Positions 1 to 10,167 of a DNA stretch of 64,000 nt are shown here, in pieces; position 1 is the stretch's first letter, and each line of letters starts with the position of its first letter. Under the pieces are notes generated by a model. That model made no database searches. It saw only the letters and a program-made list of their open reading frames with translations, and had not been told where the DNA came from. Source of the stretch: a candidate division WOR-3 bacterium (GTDB taxonomy: Bacteria > Hydrothermota > Hydrothermia > JBDRYB01). The stretch is taken from the NCBI GenBank assembly GCA_039803205.1, contig JBDRYB010000006.1, positions 1 through 64,000 of the forward strand. Reading direction: 5' to 3'. Position numbers and translations under genes: made by a program.

Positions 1-642
1 GAAATCATGGAAACGAGCCACATTCTGTCCGGAGGCCTAGTAGCTTGGAGCCCCTTAAATGGGTTCCTGTGGGGCGTGAACCTGAGGTATGTGGCTGAGG
101 ACCCTGAACCATTCCCGATTCACATGTGCATGGGCACATCAGCCTTCCCGATCCTTTTTGATATTGATGGGAACGGTTTGGCAGAAATCTTCACACATGT
201 AGGGGAATATATAGCCAAAACCGGCGGATGTCCTGCTATCGCATATACGCTCCAAAGCTTCTATGTCCTTGAGCTCTCAGAGCCGGCGAAGATGATGTGG
301 CCAATGCCCTTTCACGACAACTGGAATACGAACAACTATGACTTCTGGCCGCAGAACCCTGCTTTTACCCCAGCTCAGGAGACATCCCCAAAACCCGGAG
401 CAAGCGTCTCGCTCGCGCAGAACCCAACCAGGGGCAAGGTATCTGTTCTCATGAAGCTTTCCGGTGAGCAATCCGTGATCATCAAGGCCTACGATCCCAC
501 GGGAAGGCTTGTTAAGTCCGCGGATTTCGGCAAGCTGGGGTTTGGCGAACATAGGCTTGAGATGCCCATTGAACCAGGGGTTTATTTCATCTCGGTGGAG
601 ACGGATAGCGAGCAAAAAACCATTAAGGCGCTCGTCAGGTAA
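1..642 (+). CDS. C-terminal part of a secreted FG-GAP-like protein with T9SS type A sorting domain (5'-truncated by window edge)
   Basis: Frame is open to position 1; DIDGNG motif, WPMPFHDNWNTN motif, C-terminal NPTRG...YDPTGRLV...PGVYFI...KALVR. Confidence 0.75.
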   Translation, partial: EIMETSHILSGGLVAWSPLNGFLWGVNLRYVAEDPEPFPIHMCMGTSAFPILFDIDGNGLAEIFTHVGEYIAKTGGCPAIAYTLQSFYVLELSEPAKMMWPMPFHDNWNTNNYDFWPQNPAFTPAQETSPKPGASVSLAQNPTRGKVSVLMKLSGEQSVIIKAYDPTGRLVKSADFGKLGFGEHRLEMPIEPGVYFISVETDSEQKTIKALVR

Positions 643-663
643 AAATTCCTGAAAGTCCATTCA

Positions 664-737
664 TAGCGGGGGCGGGATTTGAACCCGCGACCTCCGGGTT
701 ATGAGCCCGGCGAGCTACCTGACTGCTCCACCCCGCG
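664..737 (-). tRNA. tRNA-fMet (CAT), initiator type; CCA not encoded
   Basis: Reverse complement CGCGGGGTGGAGCAGTCAGGTAGCTCGCCGGGCTCATAACCCGGAGGTCGCGGGTTCAAATCCCGCCCCCGCTA; unpaired C1:U72 and three G:C pairs in the anticodon stem. Confidence 0.95.
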
Positions 738-858
738 GTGAGCTCAGTATTATAGAGCTTTAGAAAGGAGCGTTTCAACTTCGGAAACCTCCGCGGATCC
801 GCCGAGCAGTTTGCACCTCAAGCCCTTCCTGAAGCATAATTTCAATCTCCTCAGACCC

Positions 859-2697
859 ATGAGATACGACCTCATCGTAATAGGCGGTGGACATGCTGGC
901 TGTGAGGCCGCACTTGCCGCCTCGCGTCTAGGGGGCAATGTCCTGCTCATAACCCTGCACAAGGAAAAGATAGGCGAGATGTCCTGCAACCCAGCTGTGG
1001 GTGGGCCTGGGAAATCTCAGCTCGTTAAGGAGATTGACGCCTTGGGGGGAGCGATGGGCGAGTGCGCGGATGCTTCTGCCATCCAAACCAAAACCCTAAA
1101 CACCAGTCGCGGCCCCGCTGTTTGGGCCCTGAGGGCTCAGTGCGTCAGGAGCAGATACCGTAGCGCGATCCAGGAAAAGATATTCTCGGATCCAAACATA
1201 GATGTTCTTGAGGACGAGGCTGTCGGGGTTTTGATTAGGGGAAACAGGGTGTATGGGGTATCAACGAGGACAGGGAAAACCATAGTCGCGAGGACAGTTC
1301 TCTTGGCCACAGGAACATTCCTCGGGGGCAGGATATTCTTCGGGAACAGGTCCCAGGCATCCGGAAGGATTGGCGAGGCACCTGCCTTGGCCCTATCGGA
1401 AAGCCTGAGGGAAGCCGGGCTTTCGCTCGGTAGGCTTAAAACAGGCACATCCCCCAGGATAGACGGCGAGACGGTTGATTTCAGGAGGCTTGAGATATAC
1501 GAAGGAGAAAGGCCTGCCCGGGGGTTTCACTTTCGCAACTGGGAATACGAGCTCAGGGACGAAATGCCGTGCTGGGTCGCGAGGACGAACGAGCGCACGG
1601 CCGAGGCCGTCCTCAGGAACCTCGGCCAATGCCCCCTTTATGACGGCAGGATAGCCTCCAGGGGACCGAGATACTGCCCATCCTTTGAGGCAAAGGTCGT
1701 CAATTTCCCACAGGTTAAGTCTCACAGGGTCATCCTTGAACCAGAGGGGCCTCATACATCCGAATATTACCTGAACGGGTTCTCTACATCAATGCCACCG
1801 GATGTCCAACTGGAGATGCTGAGAACCATACCGGGCCTTGAGCACGCCGAGATGATCAGACCTGGCTACGCTGTTGAATACGATTTCTCTGATCCTCGCG
1901 ATCTGCTCCCAACGCTTGAACATAGAAGGATCAAGGGGCTTTATCTCTCGGGTCAGATAAACGGCACATCCGGCTACGAGGAGGCCGCGGCCCAGGGGCT
2001 AATCGCTGGGGCCAACGCTCTAGGCGCCGAGATCGTTCTATCGAGGACAGAGGCTTATCTCGGTGTAATGATCGATGATCTCACGGCAAAGGGTGTTGAT
2101 GAGCCATACAGGCTTTTCACATCCTCAGCTGAGTTCCGACTGCTTCTCAGGATGGACAACGCTCACGAAAGGCTGATGCCCCTCGGATGGAGCAAGGGGC
2201 TCGTATCCGCGGCATCTTGGCAGCTATTTCTTGAGTATGAGAAGGAGCTGAATGCTGTTCTCAACCACCTCAAATCACGCAAGATACCCGCGCGAATAGC
2301 GCGAACACTTGGTCTGGCACCTGGCTCGGTGGCCTTCAGCGCGCTGGCAAGCCCTCGGATATCTTATCAAGATTTGGTAAAGCTCGGCCTGGCACCCCCA
2401 GCGTCCCCGCGCGTGTCAGAGAGGGTGAAGATAGAGGCCCTTTACTCTGGCTACATCAAGAGGGCAGAATCCGAAGCAAGACGCGTCCGGGAAGCAGAGA
2501 GGGAATCCCTCCCAGAGGACCTTGATTACTCGGAGATAGAGAGCATATCAAGGGAGGCGCGCGAGAAGCTGGCGAGGGTGAGGCCGCGGAACATGGCATC
2601 TGTCCTGAGAATTCCAGGGATAAGCCCAGCAGACGCGCTGGCGGTATATCAACACATAAAGAAGTCCTCATCAAATCCAGCCCTTCCCCAGCCATGA
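859..2697 (+). CDS. mnmG: tRNA uridine-5-carboxymethylaminomethyl(34) synthesis enzyme MnmG
   Basis: [48 protein letters not shown]; start moved to ATG at 859. Confidence 0.97.
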   Translation: MRYDLIVIGGGHAGCEAALAASRLGGNVLLITLHKEKIGEMSCNPAVGGPGKSQLVKEIDALGGAMGECADASAIQTKTLNTSRGPAVWALRAQCVRSRYRSAIQEKIFSDPNIDVLEDEAVGVLIRGNRVYGVSTRTGKTIVARTVLLATGTFLGGRIFFGNRSQASGRIGEAPALALSESLREAGLSLGRLKTGTSPRIDGETVDFRRLEIYEGERPARGFHFRNWEYELRDEMPCWVARTNERTAEAVLRNLGQCPLYDGRIASRGPRYCPSFEAKVVNFPQVKSHRVILEPEGPHTSEYYLNGFSTSMPPDVQLEMLRTIPGLEHAEMIRPGYAVEYDFSDPRDLLPTLEHRRIKGLYLSGQINGTSGYEEAAAQGLIAGANALGAEIVLSRTEAYLGVMIDDLTAKGVDEPYRLFTSSAEFRLLLRMDNAHERLMPLGWSKGLVSAASWQLFLEYEKELNAVLNHLKSRKIPARIARTLGLAPGSVAFSALASPRISYQDLVKLGLAPPASPRVSERVKIEALYSGYIKRAESEARRVREAERESLPEDLDYSEIESISREAREKLARVRPRNMASVLRIPGISPADALAVYQHIKKSSSNPALPQP

Positions 2698-2769
2698 AAA
2701 TATATGAAATACGATGATGTCAAGGATGCGCTTAAGGATCTGATCAAAGGGGATAGGGGAGCCTAATAG

Positions 2770-2798
2770 TTGAACATGGCCGTCCATCACATCATAAT
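2770..2798 (+). promoter_or_regulatory. sigma70-type promoter, leaderless tatA/B
   Basis: TTGAAC-N17-CATAAT, then 6 nt to the GTG start; no Shine-Dalgarno. Confidence 0.55.
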
Positions 2799-2804
2799 AT
2801 TCGG

Positions 2805-2987
2805 GTGAACATAGGTTTTCAGGAGATAGTCCTCATACTCCTCGTCGCGCTGATATTCATGGGCCCAAAGGGGATGAAGAGCTTGGCCAGGGTCCTCGGC
2901 AATGTGGTCCGCGAGTTCCAGAAAGCCAGGGACAAGGTGATGGAGGAGCTGGAAGGGGAGGATGTGGAAACAAAAGACAAGAGCTGA
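2805..2987 (+). CDS. tatA: twin-arginine translocase TatA/TatB family subunit
   Basis: MNIGFQEIVLILLVALIFMGPK followed by an amphipathic helix; 60 aa. Confidence 0.85.
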   Translation: MNIGFQEIVLILLVALIFMGPKGMKSLARVLGNVVREFQKARDKVMEELEGEDVETKDKS

Positions 2988-2989
2988 AT

Positions 2990-4624
2990 ATGACCAAATT
3001 TCTCATGATATTGACCGCGTCAACAGTGGATATAAGCGGAGAGTTCAGCCTGAGCCTTAGCTACGCTTACCCATCCGTGAACCTTTACCTCTTCAATCCT
3101 GGATTTGAAAACCCGGCTCTGGCAAATGGGCTTGTTGGCTTCGCTAACAACCCAGCGGCCCTCGCCCACCTCAGGCCAGGGAAATACGGTGAAGCCATGG
3201 GCGTCCTCGCTGTATCCGCATACTCCGGGATAAAGGATACCGCTTTTCTCCCCGTGGATTCGGCCAACTGGGACTCCCTCGGGATAACCTTCTCAGGCGA
3301 TACCCTTAGATTCCCCTACTCCTTCTCAGGGGGCGAAAAATGGGGCTTGGATTACCTCGCATACGGCACGAGGATCGGCAAGAAAAAGGATTGGGCTATT
3401 GGCTTCGCTTTCACGAGAGGGGATTTCATGGGCTTTGATGCCGCGGGGGCCCTTTGGGGTTCAGCCCTGGACTCGCTCACCTTCAAGGACACCATAACCA
3501 GCGCTGACATCCCTGGTTTGCCATCCGGAACCGCGATACCCGTCTCCTTTGGGCTCGCCATGGGGGGCGGAGCGAACCTTGATGTCTCCGGAAATGGGGG
3601 TTTCACGACCCTGCCGTTCACTGGAGCCATCGCCAGGCAATCCGGAGGCTGGACATACGGCGCCGGCATCAGGATAACCCCTGTCTGGGGGAACGCGGCT
3701 CTCAGAGCCCTTGGCGCGGGTGAAATAGCCGGAACCGCTTTGCTCACCGCTGAGCCATATCTTGGGGATACCTGGAGGATAGAGGCTGAGTTCACGGGCG
3801 AGCTTGAGAACGACACACTGGTAAAATACTACATTGATGGGAATGTGAGCACCCTCAACCCATCCCTATTAATGGGCATAGCATGGCAAGGCAGCTGGCT
3901 CGGCTTCGGCCTTGCCATAGAAAGGGGGAGCCCAACCTCCATGACGGGGAATTGGTCTCAGAGCGCCATGTATCCCTGGGGAGGCGTAGATTGGGACATA
4001 GACGATGACAGCCTTATAATTGACACCGCGAACCACATCATATCGGGAAAGGGAAGGCTCATAATCCACGGGCTTGAGGAGGATACCGCTCAGGGAGGCG
4101 GCCCAATAGAATCGTTCATTGGAAGCGTCTCCGGTCTGAGGGGAGGGGTGAGCATAGGGGTGCCTTTGTCTGGCTTCGTCAACTGCTTGGGGTGTTTAAT
4201 ACCATGGCTATCGGCGAGGCCGGTTGTGGAGATAGTTGAGCCAGGGGTTGAGAGATTCGTTCCGAGGCTCATCCTCGGGACCAGCCTCGGGGTGATCCTC
4301 TCGGATGACATGAGATACATGAAGATAAGCTGGACAGGGAGCATCTCAACAAACACTGCTATCCAGGTTAGCCTGAGTAGCATATTCTACTGGCAGAGCT
4401 ACTCTCTGGGTTGGCTACCAATAACATCAATCCCCGTTCTCGCTGGGGGCATCGGGGTAAGCTTCCCTGTCGGCTATGGCAGGGCTTATCTTTCCGCGAG
4501 GGCAAACACTTCGAGCCTTATAAGCGCGGTAGCAATGGGCTACATAGGCGCGGAAACGGGTTCGGTTTCCCAGGTTTATGCCTCATTTGGGGCAGGGCTC
4601 TCGTATCCTATAGGTGAGAGATGA
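2990..4624 (+). CDS. hypothetical exported protein, probably outer-membrane beta-barrel (FadL/PorV-like NPA motif)
   Basis: N-terminal hydrophobic stretch, NNPAALA motif, Gly/aromatic-rich beta-strands, C-terminal FGAGLSY. Confidence 0.5.
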   Translation: MTKFLMILTASTVDISGEFSLSLSYAYPSVNLYLFNPGFENPALANGLVGFANNPAALAHLRPGKYGEAMGVLAVSAYSGIKDTAFLPVDSANWDSLGITFSGDTLRFPYSFSGGEKWGLDYLAYGTRIGKKKDWAIGFAFTRGDFMGFDAAGALWGSALDSLTFKDTITSADIPGLPSGTAIPVSFGLAMGGGANLDVSGNGGFTTLPFTGAIARQSGGWTYGAGIRITPVWGNAALRALGAGEIAGTALLTAEPYLGDTWRIEAEFTGELENDTLVKYYIDGNVSTLNPSLLMGIAWQGSWLGFGLAIERGSPTSMTGNWSQSAMYPWGGVDWDIDDDSLIIDTANHIISGKGRLIIHGLEEDTAQGGGPIESFIGSVSGLRGGVSIGVPLSGFVNCLGCLIPWLSARPVVEIVEPGVERFVPRLILGTSLGVILSDDMRYMKISWTGSISTNTAIQVSLSSIFYWQSYSLGWLPITSIPVLAGGIGVSFPVGYGRAYLSARANTSSLISAVAMGYIGAETGSVSQVYASFGAGLSYPIGER

Positions 4625-4675
4625 GAAGGGGCTCTCAGCTGAGGGTAAAATAAGAACGGTAGAGGAGAAACTGAG

Positions 4676-5803
4676 ATAGCGCTTTATCGCTTCTATAGGT
4701 TTGCGAGCCGATTCCTGCCGGAAGAGGGCGATTTTCCAGCAGGACCATACCTGTGGTTTCACGGTTCATCAATAGGAGAAATCAGGGCGCTCCTTCCCCT
4801 GGCTATGCTGTTTTCCAACAACATGCCAGTTATGTTCTCATCAAATACCCAGGCGGGCATCCGGGCCTGCGGAGGGTTCCGGTGTATCCGCTTCTGGGAC
4901 AACCCGCGTTTTGTAAAGAAGGGGCTTTCCGGAGCAAAAGCCCTCATAATAGCCGAATCTGAGCTCTGGCCGAATCTCCTGATGAGCGCGAGGAGCATGG
5001 GCATACCTGCCTTTCTGGCAAACGCCAGGGTCAACCGGGGCACGAGGAGGTGGCTCTTGGCAAAAGGGGTTTTGGTTCAGATGCTCTCCGCTTTCACGGA
5101 GATATACCCGAAGGACGAGCGCGAGGCCGCTAAAATAGCCGAGCTGGGAGCCCAGAAGGAGCGAATAATCTGCCTCGGCGGCCTCAAATTTGACGCCCTG
5201 CCGCGTTCAACCGAGGCAAAACGGGGGGATTTCGGCTTCGCTGGGGATGTCCCGTTAATAACATTTGGTTCCGTGCGTTCAAGGGAATTCGGCGTTGTAG
5301 CAGAGGCAATAGCGAGACTTGATGGGTTTCAGATCGCGATAGCGCCCAGGCACAGGGACAAATTGGGGAAGCTCCTCCGTGAGCTGAGGGGCCGTGGCCT
5401 TTCCTTTAGGCTCAGGACAGAAGGAGGGGGAGGAAGGGTTCTGGTCCTGGATACGATTGGCGAGCTCAATGCGCTCTATTCGGCATCAGACCTCGCTTTT
5501 GTCGGCGGAACCCTCGCCCCATATGGAGGCCACAACATCCTTGAGCCCGCCGCTCTCGGGGTTCCGGTTCTGTTTGGGCCTCACTACGAGAACCAGCCAT
5601 CAGAAGCCGAGGGGCTGATCTCAGTTGGGGGAGCCCTCATGATCCGAGGGCCAGAGGACCTCGCCTCTGCCGCAAGAAGCCTGCTCTCGGACAGGGCCTC
5701 GAGGGCTGAGATGGGTGAGAAAGCGAGAGCCTTTGTTGAGAGGAACCGAGGGGCATCGCGAAGGATATACGAGAGGATAATGGGATTCCTGATGTGCTAT
5801 TAG
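4676..5803 (+). CDS. waaA: 3-deoxy-D-manno-octulosonic acid transferase
   Basis: LWFHGSSIGE motif lies in frame upstream of the ORF-track start; ESELWPN, APRH, LDTIGEL, GGHNILEPA; start codon uncertain (ATA 4676 after AGGAG). Confidence 0.9.
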   Translation: MALYRFYRFASRFLPEEGDFPAGPYLWFHGSSIGEIRALLPLAMLFSNNMPVMFSSNTQAGIRACGGFRCIRFWDNPRFVKKGLSGAKALIIAESELWPNLLMSARSMGIPAFLANARVNRGTRRWLLAKGVLVQMLSAFTEIYPKDEREAAKIAELGAQKERIICLGGLKFDALPRSTEAKRGDFGFAGDVPLITFGSVRSREFGVVAEAIARLDGFQIAIAPRHRDKLGKLLRELRGRGLSFRLRTEGGGGRVLVLDTIGELNALYSASDLAFVGGTLAPYGGHNILEPAALGVPVLFGPHYENQPSEAEGLISVGGALMIRGPEDLASAARSLLSDRASRAEMGEKARAFVERNRGASRRIYERIMGFLMCY

Positions 5804-7134
5804 AGAGAATAGCCGTATTGCTGAAACGGATTACGCCATTGCTTATCTGTGTTCTAATATCAAGCCTGATCGTGGGGTTGCTGGGTTTCCTCTACTCTGA
5901 GGCCACGGTTGAGGGAATAGTTTTGATCCACAAGATAACTGGCTTCATGCAAGCAACACCTCTTGGGGAGAAGGGCCTCGGATTGGAGCTGCCTCCCGCG
6001 AGATACACGCTCTTGATTTTGCCCAGCCTTGGAGGGCTTCTCGTGGGTATCCTGCACAGCATTTATGGCTCAAAACCCGCTGACTATGCGGAGATATTTT
6101 GGGGCTGGGATAAAACCCTGAAACACAGGGACCGGTTGAACCCTATCTGGAGGCTTTTTACATCCGCGATCACGATAACCTCAGGCGGCTCAGGCGGAAA
6201 GGTGGGGCCGATGGCCGCGGCTGGCAGTGCCCTGGCCGGAGCAATAGCGAGCGCGGCAAAAATTCCAAAAGACAAACAGCCTTTGCTTCTCATTTGCGGC
6301 GCTGGGGCAGGGATAGCCACAGTCATAAGAGCGCCGCTCTCCTCTGCCCTCTATGCCGCTGAGGTCCTTTACTATGACATCTACCTCAAAACGGATGCTC
6401 TGGTCTATGCCCTGATCTCTTCCCTTATAGGGTGGTTTGTCATTCGCCTCCTCATGGGACCTGAAACCCTCTTGGGCGATTATTCCTATGTGTTCGTTAA
6501 CGATCAAACGCTTTCTGTGGCCCCGATCCTCGGGTTGCTCTGTGCATTATTCGCTTTCCTTTACGCGAGGTCCCTGGAGCTCGCGAGGAATATCTACAAA
6601 AGGTTCTCGTCGCGCGAAAGCATCTCCTGGATCCCGACATTTTCGGGCGCTATCGTTTGCGGGGCGCTCATTCTATTTATGCCCCAGCTCAGCGGCACGG
6701 GATACGGGGTTCTTCAGTCAGCTCTAGATGGGGGATTGGGTTTCTGGTTCATGATCGCGCTCGCTGTTGGAAAGATCCTCGCGACCTCGGCAACGGTCGG
6801 TCTTGGCGGTTCTGGCGGGCTCTTCGCTCCCGCCTTGGCCATAGGGGGTCTTTTGGGCGGGTTTTTGGCTGGCTTATTTAACAGCCTCGGGTTGCATGTT
6901 CAACCAGAAGCCCTAATCCTCATCGGGATGGGGGCCTTCCTCGCCAGCGCCACGAAGACCCCTTTTGCCTCAGTGATCTTGGTGATTGAAATGGGGCAAA
7001 ACCCCTCACTTATGCTTCCTGCGGCCTTTGCTGTTGCCGCGGGATACATGGCCTCGCGCGGAACAACTATATTCCCCTCACAGCGTAATGGCCTACCTAT
7101 CTCAGGGGATACTTCCATAGGTAATAATCCGTAG
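5794..7134 (+). CDS. CLC-family chloride channel/transporter (atypical motifs)
   Basis: TITSGGSGGKVGP, GAGAGIATVIRAPL, AAEVLY, GGSGGLFAP, KTPFASVILVIEM. Confidence 0.9.
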   Translation: MLLERIAVLLKRITPLLICVLISSLIVGLLGFLYSEATVEGIVLIHKITGFMQATPLGEKGLGLELPPARYTLLILPSLGGLLVGILHSIYGSKPADYAEIFWGWDKTLKHRDRLNPIWRLFTSAITITSGGSGGKVGPMAAAGSALAGAIASAAKIPKDKQPLLLICGAGAGIATVIRAPLSSALYAAEVLYYDIYLKTDALVYALISSLIGWFVIRLLMGPETLLGDYSYVFVNDQTLSVAPILGLLCALFAFLYARSLELARNIYKRFSSRESISWIPTFSGAIVCGALILFMPQLSGTGYGVLQSALDGGLGFWFMIALAVGKILATSATVGLGGSGGLFAPALAIGGLLGGFLAGLFNSLGLHVQPEALILIGMGAFLASATKTPFASVILVIEMGQNPSLMLPAAFAVAAGYMASRGTTIFPSQRNGLPISGDTSIGNNP

Positions 7135-7972
7135 GATAAGGCCCTCCCCACTCATCGCGGCCCTCGTTTCCGTGGTTGGCGCAAAAGGCTATGAAGGCCT
7201 CGTCAGGTGAAACAGAAGGCCCCTTCGCGTCGGAAAGCCCCGCGACCTTGTTGTAATAATAGGCCAGCTGGCCGGTCTTTCTGTTAAGCCTTCCGAGATA
7301 GCCAGGATAAACCTCCGAACAGAAAACTAAAATGCTATCGGCGCCCGGCCAGAAAACGAAATCGTGTCCGAGCGTGTCCCAGTTCTCAAGCAATGTGCCT
7401 CCGGAGTCCAAAAGTTCACCATTATCAAGGATTACGAGGGGCCAGGAAACATCAAAGCTCCTTGATGAATAGTAATAATCATCCTCATCCTCCCAATAGT
7501 AATCAAACAAGTATGTTATCTGTCCGGTTTTCACATTCCAGAGGTAAAATCTGCCGCTGGAGTAGGGCACAACGAGCACCCTATCAGAATCCACAACACC
7601 AACGACCTCCGGACGAAATTCAGGGAGCGCGGAACCAATAAGCGCATCCGTTCTCAGATCATACATGAGAAGGGTATATCTATCGTTATCGTAATCGTAG
7701 ACCCCCGCGGCCATGAAGTTCCCCTTGATGTGAAAGCACCTCACATCCTCAAGAAAGACCTCCTCGCTGGTATCAGTGTATCTCACGAGGTTAATGTAGT
7801 AATACCCACCAAGGGCGTATATCCTTCCCGATGAATCAACCCCCGTGAGCCAGAAATCTCCCTCGTCAACCAAAACCGATGGGGTTGGGTCCGGAGGAAC
7901 CTGGGTCTCGCAAGCCAGGGCGAACAAAGCGATCATCAAAAGCCTCTTACCAGGCAAAGCCGATCCCTCCAT
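7097..7972 (-). CDS. hypothetical lipoprotein, beta-propeller/TolB-like
   Basis: Lipobox-like ALAC; PSVSPDEAFIAF repeat-like motif. Confidence 0.55.
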   Translation of the reverse strand: MEGSALPGKRLLMIALFALACETQVPPDPTPSVLVDEGDFWLTGVDSSGRIYALGGYYYINLVRYTDTSEEVFLEDVRCFHIKGNFMAAGVYDYDNDRYTLLMYDLRTDALIGSALPEFRPEVVGVVDSDRVLVVPYSSGRFYLWNVKTGQITYLFDYYWEDEDDYYYSSRSFDVSWPLVILDNGELLDSGGTLLENWDTLGHDFVFWPGADSILVFCSEVYPGYLGRLNRKTGQLAYYYNKVAGLSDAKGPSVSPDEAFIAFCANHGNEGRDEWGGPYPTDYYLWKYPLR

Positions 7973-9080
7973 GTATGTTCATGTTTGGAAAGAATCTTCC
8001 GCCAAGCCCTATCCCGTGGCCGAACTCAAAACCAGCCAGGAGCCTGCCGTATGTTATGTCCCCAAAAAGCGAGCCATAGAAGCCGAGGCCGGAACTCCTG
8101 GTTGTGGATGAGGCTATAGGGTCATAGAAAGAGACATGCTGGTTCCCCAACCCAAGGGCCAGGCCTATTTCAGAATATGTCCTTGAGGAGCTGGCACCGT
8201 GTGCCAAAATGAGGTTGCCATAAACCGCGTGCGCGTTCCATTTGCCCGTGTATCTGTCAAAAGGCCTGTCTTTCCTTATTCCCTCTGACCAGAGATAGAG
8301 TATGCCCAAACCGAGCCTCAGCCCGTTCAGGTAGCCTGTGGTGTATCTACCTGAAACGGAGATGAGGGGCCGGACACGGCCAGAATCCGAATATGCCTCA
8401 CCTGAGGGAAGTCCCCAACCAAAAGAGAGGGCTCCGCGTGGAGCCATTGGCCCCCGGGTCCGCACAAACCGAGCCTGAGGCTTATAATACCCAGAGGCTA
8501 TTGTTGTCTCTGCCCTGGGGGACTCAGGCCACGAAGGGGCGTCCTTGGCCCTTCTAAGGTAGTCAAGCGCGGCTCCGGCATCCGCTTCCCGCCCAGCCAT
8601 GTATCCGGCTACGCCACCAGCGAGGGTTCCCGTGGCCCAAGCGCCCGTGGCAACGGCTGAATTATCCGTGAGGCTGGCACTAACAAAACCCGCCAGAGTT
8701 CCAAGCAGGCACGCGCCCAGAGGGATGGAACAACCAGTGTAAAGACACGAACGGGAGGATGTAACCTCGCTCTCCCATATCGGAGCGCCGAAATCAGAAA
8801 GGTCTGCCAACCCATTGAGGTAATTCCCTGACTCAATGTATTGGTTGAGGGCCGCGATATCCTCAGCATCCATTCGGACAACCCTTTCCTCAAAGCCCTC
8901 TTTTGTTCTGCCGCTCCTTATCAAGATAGCGACCCTGGCCCCTCCGCCCTCCTCGGAAAAGGAGGCCTCAATGAAGCCAGGGACCATCGTGAAGAGCCGG
9001 TATTCGCGAGCTTCCGCTTCACCAACCCCTTTAGCGAGAACAGGATGAAGAACAAACCCTAACAAAACACCCACGAGCAT
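7947..9080 (-). CDS. hypothetical exported protein with a central hydrophobic Gly-rich segment and C-terminal beta-barrel-like region
   Basis: 377-aa ORF; ends NIHGGIGFAW (aromatic OMP terminus); upstream TTGACA-N18-GATAAT. Confidence 0.55.
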   Translation of the reverse strand: MLVGVLLGFVLHPVLAKGVGEAEAREYRLFTMVPGFIEASFSEEGGGARVAILIRSGRTKEGFEERVVRMDAEDIAALNQYIESGNYLNGLADLSDFGAPIWESEVTSSRSCLYTGCSIPLGACLLGTLAGFVSASLTDNSAVATGAWATGTLAGGVAGYMAGREADAGAALDYLRRAKDAPSWPESPRAETTIASGYYKPQARFVRTRGPMAPRGALSFGWGLPSGEAYSDSGRVRPLISVSGRYTTGYLNGLRLGLGILYLWSEGIRKDRPFDRYTGKWNAHAVYGNLILAHGASSSRTYSEIGLALGLGNQHVSFYDPIASSTTRSSGLGFYGSLFGDITYGRLLAGFEFGHGIGLGGRFFPNMNIHGGIGFAW

Positions 9081-9124
9081 CTCGGGCGAAATTATCGTGC
9101 AAGGGAACGAGTAATGTCAAGCTC

Positions 9125-9523
9125 TCAACGCTGTGGAAGAGCTTTCAATCCCACGCCGAGAGGCTCCCTGATCTTCCTGATGTTGAACCTTACCCATCTG
9201 AGCATGTTGTTGTAGAAGCTGATGGAACGCAGATAGCCCTTCAGAGGGAGAGATCCAGAAGGGCTGAGGCCAAGATACTCCTCGCTTTCACAGAGAGAAA
9301 GGACCACAAGCTCATGAATGGGGTGGTATATGCCTCAGTTGAGCCAGCTGAGCTCATAAGGCGCAAATACTTGGTTGACCTGAACACGAAGGGGGTGGTC
9401 ATCGGAGACGGTGCATCCTGGATAGAGAGCCTGAGAGACGAATACTTCCCTCAGATGTGGAATCTGTTCAGGGATACACTCGTAAAAGCCAGGGAAGGGC
9501 TTCAACAAGGAGGACGACCATAG
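9125..9523. mobile_element. decayed IS/transposase fragments
   Basis: 9314-9523 (+) encodes VVIGDGASWI, typical of ISLre2/ISKra4 (UPF0236) DDE transposases; 9125-9307 (-) has an FYNN-R segment resembling an integrase-core end; both are far too short to be intact. Confidence 0.55.
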
Positions 9524-9563
9524 CTAGGCAGAACGAGAGGTTCCTTAAGTCTTGCAGGGCTAC

Positions 9564-9594
9564 GGCTCGTCAGCGCCTTGTGCCCTGACGAGCC
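9564..9594. repeat. inverted repeat / hairpin next to the IS remnant
   Basis: GGCTCGTCAGCGC-cttgt-GCCCTGACGAGCC, 13-bp stem with one mismatch. Confidence 0.6.
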
Positions 9595-9682
9595 TCTATG
9601 AGTTTATAATCTAATCCCTCAGGTTGGAGGGTGGCCCCTAAGGTGCCCGGAAATCCGGACAGATCTCAGCGAACGCGGGCGC

Positions 9683-9768
9683 TTGACCCGGCCCAATCCG
9701 ATCCTTTATAATTTTCAGACTAGATTAAACGGGAAGGGATTGTGAGGCGGTTGGGGATTTAGTAGAAT
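9683..9768 (+). promoter_or_regulatory. tandem sigma70-type promoters of groESL
   Basis: TTGACC-N18-TATAAT (9683-9712) and TTGTGA-N17-TAGAAT (9740-9768). Confidence 0.6.
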
Positions 9769-9864
9769 AATCTAGCGCGGACATGTCTGGAAGAGCCTCA
9801 TGTCCTTTCCGCTGGAAGTAAAAACAAGGCTAATGAGACATGAACACACAAAGGAGGAACAACC

Positions 9865-10155
9865 ATGAAGCTAAAGCCTCTACGCGATAGGGTCATAATT
9901 CGTCGTTTGGAGGAAGAAGAGGTAGCGGAAGGCGGCATCGTTATTCCAGATACTGCCAAAGAAAAACCCATAAAAGGCGAAGTCATCGCAGTAGGGCCTG
10001 GAAGAACGGATGAGAACGGTAAGCTCATACCCATGAGTGTGAAAGAGGGCGATATCGTTGTATTCAGGAAATACGCGGGAAACGAGATAACCATAGGCGA
10101 TGAAGAACTCCTCATAGTGGATGAGGATGACATCCTCGCCATTGTAGAAAAATAA
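9865..10155 (+). CDS. groES: co-chaperonin GroES
   Basis: MKLKPLRDRVII...GGIVIPDTAKEKP; AAGGAGG ribosome-binding site. Confidence 0.98.
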   Translation: MKLKPLRDRVIIRRLEEEEVAEGGIVIPDTAKEKPIKGEVIAVGPGRTDENGKLIPMSVKEGDIVVFRKYAGNEITIGDEELLIVDEDDILAIVEK

Positions 10156-10167
10156 AGGAGGATACCT

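Noticed and set aside
2704..2766. 20-codon ORF MKYDDVKDALKDLIKGDRGA between mnmG and tatA
   Set aside because: It has no ribosome-binding site and is too short to support; it may be a gene remnant.
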